Assembly: GCA_977016875.1 (NCBI GenBank)
Contig: CDRNST010000056.1
Span: 806,001 to 870,000, forward strand
Direction: 5' to 3'
Origin: Pavona decussata
Taxonomy: Eukaryota
Length of the DNA stretch: 64,000 nt
Each line of letters begins with the position of its first letter. Positions within the stretch are counted from its first letter, which is position 1. Below are positions 1-12,045 of this stretch, in pieces. The position numbers were made by a program, and so were the translations under genes. Under the pieces are notes generated by a model that was given only the letters and a program-made list of their open reading frames with translations, did not search any database and was not told where the DNA came from.

Positions 1-241
1 CGCTGGAAACGCTTGCTAACCAGGCCACTGCCCGCCGATGCATGATACCCCTGATGCAGAATTTCTTCAGAAAATAATACCCTTTTGTTCCAGTAAAGAC
101 ATACCCAGCACGCTGAAAGAAGTCTGATATAAACAAATTTAATCAGCTGCTACAAGTTACTAGAAAAAGATACACTTTTCAACAGATATTTAGCAACCGC
201 TGTCATATAAAACCTTAAACCTAATACAATAAAATTGTGTC

Positions 242-880
242 TTAGCTTTCCCTATTTTCGCCAGCTTGCTTTTGAATGTGTTTGTTGAGTCGACATTTAG
301 CATTAATCTTTCCTTTGATGCACTTCCAGGTCTTTTCCTTTTCCACTGCAGATTCCAAAGGAAAGTGACTAAAAACGAGCACCTTCAACAAATTAAGCCT
401 TTTGCTATCTAAAGGGAGTTTGTTGTGGGTTCCGTCGGTGTTGCTGTTACCCAGTGCCGTTGAAGAGAAGAAATACGGTAATAGCTTTAGCGCGCATTTG
501 TGTCGCTCATGTTCTTTTTGTAGCACATCTTTCACCGCCAAGAACTTCCGAGGGGTAACGCACGAGCGAACAACTTCGTCGTCAATTGCAGTTTCCGAAG
601 ACTGCTGTTCTTGGGGGATTTCAACCATTGCAGACATCAAGGGGGGTACTGTTACAGGTGTACTGGGCATTGTTACGGGCGTCGTGGACTGCACTGTTAC
701 GGTTTCAGGTATGGACGGCGACAAAGGAGTCGACGGAGGCAGTGGAACGAAGTCCCCGAAATCGTCTGTTAGACTAGCCAAGGCAGCAGGATCAATGGTT
801 CGAAGATCATCGTTCTCATGGAACTGGAAATTAAAAACGTCACTCGTCAATCTAGGCAGCACTCTATCAACCTTGGACAA
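242..880 (-). pseudogene. BEN-domain protein, last coding exon; probably a decayed transposon accessory gene
   Basis: The C-terminus CALKLLPYFFS..LGNSNTDGTHNKLPLDSKRLNLLK...WKCIKGKINAKCR matches the BEN pattern and follows a Pro/Thr-rich linker. The ORF starts at TTG directly after an in-frame TGA (887-889). A possible frameshifted upstream exon lies at ~1268-1412 (MSVRQLCKESG... ending gtaagt). Confidence 0.7.
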
Positions 881-2459
881 GAAGGCTCACTGCGAAACCT
901 GTTTTGACGGCACGACTCGACTGAGAAAGTACCAACTAACACAAGACGATCGATGAAATCGCGAAATCTACATGAAGGGCAAGACAGATTCAGTCTTCAA
1001 GCGAAATAATTTTTGACTTCGCGTTCTGTTCCCGTACTGGTAGCCTACCTGCCTTAAAAACTATTTTAGAAATACGCAACTTGCAGCTCTCAGGTAAAAA
1101 CAAAATAATTTTGATCCTTAATCAACAATGAATCCGAAATCTTGAAGTGAACTATTTGTCTACAATCAGACTCTATTTTTTGTTTAGATTTCTCACATTG
1201 CCAGCTTGCCAAAAATTTACTTCTCCCGTGATATCAAGTTCGCCTCAGAAAAGACCTTGAACTTACCGTTTTGTCAAACAAATCCAGGCGGTCCTCAATC
1301 CTCTTTAGACGTCCTGGTTGGGGCGATTCCAGTCTTCATTTCTTGTGGGAAAAGAAACAACGCCTTTTTTGGCGCTTTACCACTTTCTTTGCAAAGTTGC
1401 CTTACAGACATGTTTGAAACGATAACGCGGAACAAGACTGAACTGTGCGATTGTAAGTGATGAAGCCAAGATTTATGCCTATTTATACAGATTTCTTCAC
1501 AAGTGGTGGATCGAAATGCCTAAGTTTTGATTGGATTAGCAGTTTTTAATTGTTTCCGCTATAAACAATCTAACACAATCAGGCTAATTAGCTTGTGCGA
1601 AGCGGCACGCGCCAAAGAAGGTGAGACAGGGCGGAGTTATGATAAGGTGTTACTTAAAAAGTCAAGCAGTGAATTTATTTAAGAAGCTATAATCAGTTAT
1701 TATTTCACCTCGTGCAAGAAAATGAATGTTAAGAAAATCATTGATCGCTCTAAAGATTGCCGCGAATATTAGAAAGCGATGTGTTGCAACACACGTTATG
1801 AATCAGAACAAATTGCACGGCGTTTCCTTTTTCTCAATTAAAGCGACAAGAAATATAAAATTCATAAAAAAAAAACTGGCTATCGTTCTCTGAGTCTTAG
1901 AAAAGGTACACTATAAACAGTTTGAGATGATCAAGCTCATTGGTATTGTGCGACAGTTAATAAGTAGTGACGTTTTAACGTAGTTACAGTGTAGTAGTGG
2001 TTTTTTTAACTGTTTTTTGCAAGATTTGCAACAAGGCATTAACTCAATTATTTCTCCCTGCGCAATGGGAGGAGTGTGATGAACACTAACCTGTGCTCTA
2101 AAGATTGAAATTTAGGCGCGTCCAAACAATAGCAACTAAAATACAATGCATTATTTGCCCATTTTGCTCTATTTTGTGATATCCTACAATAAGATTTCTT
2201 TCCCTCGACTAACCCGGATTGATTACCGCCATTTTCACTTTGCTGCCATTTGGAATAAAACAGAAAAAAAAACACACGGTATCAATTCAATTTTTTTTAA
2301 TAAAAAGCATGGTTCGTTTCAATATTACAATCACAAACCTTAAAAGTTTATATGTGTAACTATGTTAAAAAGTATGTATTTAAAATAAGTTTACAAGCAG
2401 GTAAATCTAACAAGGAAAGCACGCTAGTTACATATTTTCGTAACATAGTGCAAAAAAGT

Positions 2460-4307
2460 TTAGGGTGCCGGAGCAACAATGTCTTCAGTACCAGGTTTGC
2501 AAAATTGTCTTATTTCTCGGTACAAGTATCTTTTACGTTCATCTGTCAGTCCTTCGGGCTCAACTGTTGTAGGAAAAGCCGCTAAGGGTGGGACCACGGT
2601 TGGATTCTTTAACAGCATGAATGGTTGATGCGGGAAACTAACACTCTCTTTGCATGAAACCATTCCTGGGCTTTCCTTGGAAAATGTAAAATGATGAAAT
2701 TTCTTTATGTTTGGTATCTTCTTGAAGAATTGTCCAAGGAATGAAACCCAATCGTAAACAGGCACAATCGTTTTTCCATCATGTGTGCCAACAATTTGGG
2801 CTTTATTCAAGCCGACGCTACTGGAGGTATCGACGAGTCTAGCGAATTGGTAAAGTGACGAGACGTGGGATACTTTGTAGCACTTCTTTATCAGACCAAA
2901 GCATCGATCTGGGGCAAACTTAGTATGGCCTGCAATTAAGAACGAGTAAGTGATGGACTGATGCAGTTGCACCAGAGTTCTCCAAGCGAAATACCACATG
3001 AAATAGTTGTTCTTATTTTGTCCAGCGCAGTTGTCTGCGTGAAAGTGCGCATTCGTTTCTCCCAGTCCGTAATGTTCCAAATAATAATGAAAATAACTGA
3101 TTGTGGCGTTGGCACCCTTTCCGGTAGAAGCTGCCTCGTCTATCAAAAAGTTCACATGCTGCGATATTCCCTCGCACATTACACCGAAAATGCCACATTT
3201 TCTCGGGGTTTTAAAATAAATGGGTCCAGGCTGCATGGGATTACTGGGTATATGAACTTGTTGTGCATAATCAAAAGAATAATGTACAGAAGCAGCTAAC
3301 GAGGAAGCGGTACGGTTTTCACGGTTTTGAAGAGCATCAGGACCGAGTGTTTCAAGTGTTTCCTTTGCTTTGGTGCAAGTAAACTTGTAAAATTCCCTCT
3401 CCGCTTTTGCGTTGTCCAGGTGCTCCCGCTGGGCCGCGATGCATTCTGACTTTGCGCTCTCTGAAAGGTTTGCAGCGCGTTGAAGTGTTGTGGTGTTTTG
3501 TTGGCATGTCATACATAAATCTGTCATTGGCTTCGCTACAACAACGTCAGGGTAAAACTCGTGCCATAACTGTCTGAACTTTTTGTAGCTGACCGCCTGT
3601 TTGTTTGAATTTTCGCATGCAGAGTTGTAAACCCGCCAGACACTCATTTTCGACTCCGATGTAGACAGGATTTTTACATTGTCGCTTTTAAATCCTGGAA
3701 TACGCCCCGGTAGGATAATGGCATTTTCCTCTACGTAGTTTTGAATAAAAGCACGCACGTCTTCAATTGTTGAATACGGTGTCGCATTGTCAGGCACTCT
3801 GTTTGAGTTTCCATGTGTTCTTTGGCAAATGCCATACTGTTCATAGTGGTCTTTGAGGCGACGAAATCGGTTGTATCCTACCCCGTAAAGATGCAAAAAC
3901 ATGTCCTTGCATATTTGTCTTCCTTGAAAATGAAAACTGCAGCGAGGGCTCCTGTTTCTTTTTTCTCCAACAAAATCGATGTGTGTGAATGCTTGAATGT
4001 TGGCTAAGATGACTAAATCGAGTTCTCCACTTGTCAGCTCAAGGCAGTTGTTGAGGTTCACAAGAACTGTCTCTATTGAAAACTGTTCCGAACATGGACC
4101 TCCCTTACAGCTCAGTTGACATCCGCACCCATCTTGTAAGAACTTTACTGTTTTTTCAAAAATGTCGTCGCTGCAGTTTTCCTCCGAATTAAGCTCCGCC
4201 ATCGTGTTAGATTGAAATGAAATCATTTGATTATTGTTTTCGCTTCGGTTGTCATAGCTACGAACAGGGAAGACAAGACAATGCATTGGTATATGAGCAC
4301 GTGCCAC
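2460..4307 (-). CDS. Sola-superfamily DDD transposase (intact ORF)
   Basis: Uninterrupted 615-aa ORF. Catalytic-type motifs SFDYAQQ, HADNCAGQNKN and GHTKFAPDRCFG, plus N-terminal Cys/His clusters and FRQLWHEFYPDV..DLCMTC. TIRs were not located. Confidence 0.85.
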   Translation of the reverse strand: MARAHIPMHCLVFPVRSYDNRSENNNQMISFQSNTMAELNSEENCSDDIFEKTVKFLQDGCGCQLSCKGGPCSEQFSIETVLVNLNNCLELTSGELDLVILANIQAFTHIDFVGEKRNRSPRCSFHFQGRQICKDMFLHLYGVGYNRFRRLKDHYEQYGICQRTHGNSNRVPDNATPYSTIEDVRAFIQNYVEENAIILPGRIPGFKSDNVKILSTSESKMSVWRVYNSACENSNKQAVSYKKFRQLWHEFYPDVVVAKPMTDLCMTCQQNTTTLQRAANLSESAKSECIAAQREHLDNAKAEREFYKFTCTKAKETLETLGPDALQNRENRTASSLAASVHYSFDYAQQVHIPSNPMQPGPIYFKTPRKCGIFGVMCEGISQHVNFLIDEAASTGKGANATISYFHYYLEHYGLGETNAHFHADNCAGQNKNNYFMWYFAWRTLVQLHQSITYSFLIAGHTKFAPDRCFGLIKKCYKVSHVSSLYQFARLVDTSSSVGLNKAQIVGTHDGKTIVPVYDWVSFLGQFFKKIPNIKKFHHFTFSKESPGMVSCKESVSFPHQPFMLLKNPTVVPPLAAFPTTVEPEGLTDERKRYLYREIRQFCKPGTEDIVAPAP

Positions 4308-5034
4308 ACGCTGGTGTCTTTGTTCTGAACTGAGAATACAGAGACGGCTTTTCGATCGCGTGCAAAAAGAATTACAGCCAAGAAATGCCTTGGTGCTTTT
4401 TCACAATCTGTGCGCTCAAAAGAAGGGAATTTTGCTTGTTCAGTCATCTTAATGCGTGGAGATGACGTTTTACAAACGTGTTAAGAGCGACATGTTAATA
4501 AAGCACGTGCCAGCCTGTGAAAGTTTTATACCAAAAAGCTGACAAATACACTCGCAGTAACTGCAACCAACACATCGTGAAAATCGTTTCCACAAATTGT
4601 GCCTTTAACACGCGGGCTTCAACAGAATACTTCTTTGTTGGTTAAACCATCTTTATTCGCCTTGTAGAATCAGACATACGACTTTCTGTAAACTTGCCGC
4701 GTCATGCCGCAGACGCCATGTGAATAAAATTTAAATTGTTTACTATTACATAAAGTGACTGATGCTCACAATTATTTATATAGCCGAGAAGTTCCCGGTA
4801 TATCGTGGAAATCTTTATCGTTTCCGTAAAATTCCCTATTAGAGAATCTTGAAACTTCTTTCCGCGCCTTGAGCACGAAAATGCAGATGCAACAATAATT
4901 ATTGTCGGCATAAATTGGTAATTAATACGTTGTGTTTGCAGCTACGATATGGCTGCTTGTTTACTCTGACGATGAGCTTGGTTATTTGAACGATTGGTTG
5001 AGAGTTGTGAGCGTGTAGTTTACCTTAAGCGGAA

Positions 5035-5440
5035 AAACTAACCGTTTAACAAACGGTTTGCTTAAAACGTTGAACGAATACTAGGTTCTTTTAAAAGGAT
5101 AGGAAACGTTTTGTCCAAAACGTTAAACGGATAACAAACGTTTTGTCCAAAACGTTAAACGGATAACAAACGGTTTGTCCAAAACGTTAAACGGATAACA
5201 AACGTTTTGTCCAAAACGTTAAACGGATAACAAACGGTTTGTCCAAAACGTTAAACGGATGCCCTTTTTTTTAAACGGTTTAGAAAGGCATTAAAACGTT
5301 TTACCAAAATCGTTAAACGGATGCGAAAGTTTAGTAAACGGATAAGAAAAGCGTTTAAACGCTTGTGCGATCCGTTTAAACGGACGTTAAATGGCTATAA
5401 ACGGATTTTTCCGTTAAACGGTAAAGCGTTAGTGTCCGTT
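5035..5440. repeat. Minisatellite of ~30-bp units (TTTGTCCAAAACGTTAAACGGATAACAAACG), likely the interior of a non-autonomous DNA element
   Basis: About 5 near-perfect tandem units at 5105-5260, with degenerate AAACG/CGTTT copies on both sides. Confidence 0.85.
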
Positions 5441-7396
5441 TTCGCTTTCCAGGTCACATTTATGTCTTCACCCCTTCTAACATAAATATTATTGCTGTGT
5501 GCTGCATGTCCCGGGCTCAGTTTGCTGGACAAAAGATAACAAACAAACCATGATTGGTGAAAATGGCTATGAACAGAAGTCTCATAGCCCCTTTTATTTT
5601 TTATATAAATTGAACAAATGTATGGCTATGAACAAAGGCCCATAGCCACCTCATTACAGGATCAGCGAAAGGACTAGTACTGTCCTGAATTAACCATTAA
5701 TGATTTTGCCCAGTTAAGGTGGGGGCAACCAAAACGCCAAAAGCATCATAACAATTGACATGATGCCGCCCCACCCAAGGGAAATGCCGCACCCTATGCA
5801 AAATATACGCATTGATGACAAATTTGCATCATTATAAATTCGAATAACTTACAAAAGGTATGTTAAAAATAGGAGATTGACTATGGTCCTTGGTTCAATG
5901 TTTACAATGTTACCTGGCTGACAACATTGAAGAGGGGGGGGAAAGGAAACTGATGTTAAAACTTTGAAGACTTATAGTCCAAATGCAACTGGTGGTAGCT
6001 TAAATGGAAGGGGTTCATTCCCTATACGGGAAGGCTCATTCGGAAAGGGATACCTTTTTTAGGCTTCAGGTATAGAAAAGGGTAAGGATTTGATAAGTTG
6101 AGTTATATGAAAGGGTAGCGAAATCTGTCATTAATTAACATCTCTTATGGTTATGCTTCATGTTCTCCAGAAATTTTGCTCATTAACTTCATTCCAAGGG
6201 AAAAGGAATGCTGTTTTCTTAAGAAGGTATGTGAAAGGGGTACCAGTTCTCAATAACAGGTGTACGAAAAAGGTCCTTTTATGTAAAAAAAAAAAAAAGT
6301 AAAATTATCGGATTTTTTCTGGAAGTTTACAAAAGACAATGAGCCACAATGCGGGTAAACAGGGATGTAAAGAGGCCAGAAAATCAGCAAGATATTGTTT
6401 CAGCATTTCTTAAGAGGCGGTCAAAAGGTCACTTCTTTCTCTGTTGTCGTCATTAGTGTAGCTATCGCTGTAGTCAAAACAAAGCTGTGCAAAAAATTAC
6501 TTACTTTCTGCTACAGAAATCATGATGCCGTATGCCGAGGAAAGCGACTGTTCTTTTGATCACGTGTCATTATGGCGCGAAAATACCTTGCACAAGCGAA
6601 AAATTAAACAAAGCACCCAAAAACGGTACTTGTATAATTCTTATTACTGTTATGAGTAACTTTATAATGAAAAGAATCTGTAAATTTGATTTATTACTAA
6701 TTTTCTCTATTTTCAATATTTTTTAACCCTTTCATTTTTTTTCCCGTTACTCAGTTTCTCGTTACTTGTTACTCTGTTTAATAACACCCTCCAAACATAC
6801 ACATGGCCGTGCATTCATGAGATGACGTGTGCAAATCAGGCAAACTTGGGTTTCCATCGCTCTCTCTTCATAAAGGGTTTCCCAGAAATAGACAAGAACA
6901 GTAAAGAAATACCCGACTTTTCTCTTGCAATTGAGTCTTCGCTGCTGTACCGTGCACAACGGTAACATTGTGATTAATCTAAACCCTACTTCCGGCCTTT
7001 AACTTTGACTTGAACAACATTAAACATTCTTAATCATTCTGTGGACTTGGAAACTTGTTTGTCTACATTTTCATTTACTTTAAACTTACTCAAAACAGCA
7101 AATTTTGACGCACAATTTTAGATTAAACGTTCACGTTCAGACCGTAACACTATGGTGTGTTTGAAACCAGTCAATAGGAACCTTTGTTTTCCTGTACAGT
7201 TCATTCAGAGCATATTGTCATCACAAATAAAACCTGCTTTCCGAGTACAACGTTTTTGTCACTTTGTTATAAAAGAACTGCTTAATGCGTTTATTGAGTT
7301 ATAGATGAACACGGGAAGTTGTTCTTGGCTACGCCTCAAGCAACTCTTACGCTTCTCTCGTGCTCTCCAAACTTCCCGTGTACAGGAAAAGAAACA

Positions 7397-10015
7397 ATGA
7401 ACGAATGAATGAATGTTTATTTCCCACAATTATAAGTAACATAATAAGTACATAGTGCAATTTACATTGAAGTCGGGAGGAAGACTAAAGAAACCCTTAC
7501 GGGCTTTTACAAAGTAGTCCCCCTTTGATTAAAATTACATTTTTAAGCTAAATTAATCACGATATCAGGTTTGGTGTACAAATAACAGTAATAATAAAAG
7601 GTGCAAGTAAAATTATGTAAGTTAACGCCTATATCATAATCATTGAAAGAGAAGGAATTGCTTCATTTTCTTTTTGAAAACATGTATAGAAAGAGATCGT
7701 TTTATTGCTAGAGGAGTTTTGTTCCATGTATCAACTATCTTACTTCTTAAAGAGTATTTTCCATAGTTAGTTCGGTTAAAACACTTATGTAGATGTTTTG
7801 AATTCCTGGTATTATAACCATGGACTTGCGTGTTTTCAATGCAGAGGTCACCGAAATAGGTGGGTAACGATTTACTGATAAGACTAAAACTGAAAGATCC
7901 GATTAGTAGGTCATTGATTTGGTAAATATTTAAGAGACCCATCTTTATAAAAAGAGGAAGAGATGGTGCGGTATATAGAGAGAATGTTATGATACGTAGT
8001 GCTTTTTTTTGTAATTTGAACAATTTCATTAGCCTTGTGGGGTAATTATTTGCCCAAACGGTGTTTCCGTAATGCAGGCAAGGGTAAATCAAACTATTGT
8101 ATAATATTTTCAAGAGTACTTGACTGACATAAAAGCGAATCCTACATAGCATACCGGTGGCTTTTATTATCTTCTTAGTGATATAATCAATATGATTCTT
8201 CCACGTTAAGTGCTGGTCAATTATAACTCCTAAGAATTTAGTTTTATCTACTCTCTGGATCTCCTTATTATCAAGCTTAAGAGTCAGTGATTTTTTTAAC
8301 TGTTTTTTTGCTGTTCTAAATATTATGTAATTGCATTTTTTTTATGTTGAGTGTAAGTTGATTTAGTGTTAACCATTCTTGAACATCAACTAATTCCGCA
8401 TTTATATTACACTCGAGTTCATTTATGTCTTTACCTGAGCAAAACAGATTAGTATCATCTGCAAATAATATAGTAGATAAATTTTTGGTAGAATTGTTTA
8501 GGTCATTAATATAAATTAGGAAAAGTAATGGTCCAAGAATAGATCCTTGTGGGACCCCACACGTAATTGCCATTTCTGTTGATCTGATTTGATTATATTT
8601 AACAATTTGTTTTCTGTTGGTTAGGTAATCTTTTATCCATGGAAGACAATTTCCGCGTATACCATAGAAAGAGAGCTTCTTTAGAAGAATATTGTGATTT
8701 ACTGTGTCAAACGCCTTTCATAAATCAAGAAATATACCAACAGTGAACTGGTTATTTTCTATCCCTTGTGTTATTTTATCAACAAGTTCAATTATTGCAT
8801 AATTAGTAGTGCTTTTACTTCGAAATCCATATTGATGGTCAAATAAAATTTTATTTCTATCTACATAGTTCATTAATCTTTTGTACATCAGTTTTTCTAG
8901 TATTTTCGAAAAACAGGGGAGAACAGAGATTGGTCTGTAATTTGAAAATACATTTTTATCAGATGATTTATACACCGGTGTTACCAAAGCTACTTTCAAT
9001 TCATCTGGGACTTTACCAGTTGAAAAAGTAAGATTAAAAATGTGAGACGGGGGTAGAGATATGTAAGGGGTGACATGTTTAACTACTTTGCTGTTTATGT
9101 CATCAATACCACAACTTGATTTGTTTGCCATTTTATCAATTTCTTTGTTTACTTCAGCACATGTAGTGTCATGTAAAAACATGGAGTCACAATAATTTCC
9201 CTTTAGAAATTTGTAAAATTCATCCAAACCGTCATCAAATTTCATAGCTAGATTAGGCCCAACATTTACAAAGAATTCATTAAATTTATTTGCAATCAAA
9301 TTAGGATCACTGATTTCATCATTTTCATTGTTCAGAAAAGAACTGGGAAGAGAGTTATATGATTTTCTATTACCAAGTAATTCATTAATAGTATTCCACG
9401 TCGATTTTATATTATTTTGTCCTTGACTGAAATTTTTTACAATAATAATTCTTTTTAGCAATTCTGATTAGATGATTCAATTTATTTCGATATAATTTAT
9501 AATCATGTTCATTTTTTAATGTCGGACTCTTTAAAAATTTATTTTAGAGTAATTCCTTGGTTTTTGAAGATTTTCTTAAACCTTTCGTTATCCATAAATT
9601 GTTATACCTTCGTGTACCTATACATTTAGTCATTTTAACTGGAAAATGTTTATTATAATGGTCAGAGAATTCAGCGAGAAATGCGTTAAAAGACTCTGCC
9701 GGGTCATTCTTAGATGACGTGGTTAGCCAATCACAGGTTTTAAGACAACTAGAGAACGAATCTAGAGATTTCTTATCTGTTATTCTAGTTACATAGCTAC
9801 CTGATTCAGAGCTCACAGGATTAATGTGCATCTTATGCTCCGTAATGGTGAAAATAGGTAGATGATCCGATATATCATTAACCATGACACCACTTAGGTG
9901 TTCAGTGTGACTTAAATTGTTAGTGAAAATGTTATCTATTAATGTTGCAGTAGATTTAGTTATCCGCGTTGGTCTTGTAATTAGTGGTATATAACCAGAT
10001 GATGAAAATTGATTA
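7397..10015 (-). mobile_element. CR1/L2-clade LINE, 5'-truncated and frameshifted (APE endonuclease end, RT, 3' UTR)
   Basis: ORF pieces PTRITKSTATLIDNIFTN..ISDHLPIF (APE), NYRPISVLPCFSKILEK, QYGFR, GVPQGSILGPLLFLIYINDL and LFADDT (RT). The minus-strand 3' end reads AATAAA followed by a (CATT)n tail at ~7397-7421. Confidence 0.93.
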
Positions 10016-10529
10016 AAAAATAAATGAATGGCTGTTAAAAGTGAAAAAGAAGAGTTCCTGAAAGTGTATGTGTTGACCCATACGTCTGATGAAGAGAGGG
10101 ATGCATTTGTTTCTCGGCTGAATGAACTGGACATCCATCAGAGGAATTGTTATTCTTGCGAGGATCGTGGGATGATTTTCAAATATCATTCAATTAGAGT
10201 AGAGTATAACAACAACAACAACAACAATTTATTTACAGATTCAGATTATATAAAGGGCTTGTCCCGCAAAGAGCCTCAAAGCTAGTGGAGGCAGTAAATT
10301 ACAAACATGCTGGAAAACGGAAAACTTAACCTTACGTAATAACGCAGATTTAGATAAGGCTATACATTAAAATTAAAGTAGATTATATGCAATTTTTTAT
10401 TATCATTAATATTACAATAGAAAAGAGATGAAAAGGGAAAAGGAGAATCAGATTATACTGGCAAAGAGAAGGAGATGGATGATCAGTCTTTTATTTGGTA
10501 AATAATCGTTTCTACTTGAAAAATTGAAA

Positions 10530-11560
10530 ATTTACATCCATGTAAAAATCATGTAAATTATTCAAAAAATGCTGTAAACTACAATTTACATAGTTCTTAC
10601 CCATTTACAGGGTTTGGGAAGATACTGTAAAACTCACGTAAATTTCATGACTGAAACATGTAAATTCCATGAAATACCCTGTAAATTTTGGTGATAAAAA
10701 ACCAGCGACTATAAATGTGCTGTAAATTCAAAAGAGAAGACTGCTTAAACCCTGTAAATATCCTGTAAATTCAAAAAGGGAGACTGCTCAGACCCTGTAA
10801 ATATGCCGTCAATTCAAAAAGGGAGACTGTTCAAACCCTGTAAATATCCTGTAAATATGCCGTAAATTCAATAAGGGAGACTCTTCAGACCCTGTAAATA
10901 TCCTGTAAATTCAAAAAGGGGGACGGCTCAGACCCTGTAAATATGCTGTAAATTCAAAAAGGGAGACTGTTCAAACCCTGTAAATATCCTGTAAATATGC
11001 CGTAAATTCAATAAGGGAGACTCTTCAGACCCTGTAAATATGCTGTAAATTCAAAAAGGGAGACTGCTCAGACCCTGTAAATATGCTGTAAATTCAAAAA
11101 GGGACCCTGTAAATTTAAAAAGGGACCCTGTAAATGTCCTGTAAATTCAAAAAGGGACCCTGTAAATATGCTGTAAATTCAAAAAGGGACCCTGTAAATA
11201 TCCTGTAAATTCAAAAATGGGAGGCTGTAAATATGCTGTAAATTCAAAAAGGGACCCTGTAAATATCCTGTAAATTCAAAAAGGGAGACTGTTAATATCC
11301 TGTAAATTCAAAAAGGAGACTGTAAATATCCTGTAAATTCAAAAAGGGACCCTGTAAAAATGCTGTAAATTCAAAAAGGGACCCTGTAAATATGCTGTAA
11401 ATTCAAAAAGGGAGACTGCTCAGACCCTGTAAATATGCTGTAAATTCGAACAGGGAGACTGTTCAGACCCTGTAAATATGCCTTAAATTCAAAAAGGGAG
11501 ACTACTCAGACACTGTAAATATGTTGTAAATTCAAAAAGGGAGACTGTTCAGATGACAAA
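10530..11560. repeat. CTGTAAAT-based satellite, probably subterminal repeats of the adjacent EnSpm/CACTA element
   Basis: Dozens of CTGTAAAT(ATCC/ATGC/TCAAAAAGGG) modules arranged in variable higher-order units. Confidence 0.9.
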
Positions 11561-11807
11561 TGTGAAATGCTGTAAAGAGACAACTGGCTCGTGTTCTTCA
11601 CTTTAGATATAAGTGCTTTCTATATGGTTGAGCTTGTTTGTTTGTGACTGCTCATATCATACAAATTACATGTAAATAAGAAAAGATGTACATGATGGAG
11701 ATCAGTAAAGAGAACAATATTGCCATTAATGCAATTGCTCAGTCTCCCATACATAATTTTGATACATTTTACAAATCCCCACTTCACAATGAACAGTCCA
11801 CTGTTAA

Positions 11808-12045
11808 GGATGGTGCCTGCTATTGTTACTGCACATATGTTCTGCGCATCTTGTGATACTCAGGTTTCCTATGTGTGGGGGCTACTAATACAGGGATACT
11901 TTTGCACGGTTTAAAACTATTCAAGGAAAGCAGATCTTAGCAAGTGCTTTTGGTACTAATAGAACATTATGGGTAACCATGCACTTGTCAGAGATAATAA
12001 AGCTTCAGTTTGAAAAAAAAATAGTAGTATTAGTAGGCACCATCC
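11808..12045. mobile_element. MITE with TTAA target duplication
   Basis: ttaa|GGATGGTGCCT ... AGGCACCATCC|ttaa. Confidence 0.75.

Noticed and set aside
402-956. Plus-strand 184-aa ORF and similar antisense ORFs over 2961-4007 and 40915-44875
   Set aside because: These are shadow ORFs opposite real coding sequence and have no recognisable motifs.
5560-5680. Possible transposon terminus (...GGATCAGCGAAAGGACTA) closing the Sola element
   Set aside because: No matching inverted partner was found in the window, so it cannot be assigned.
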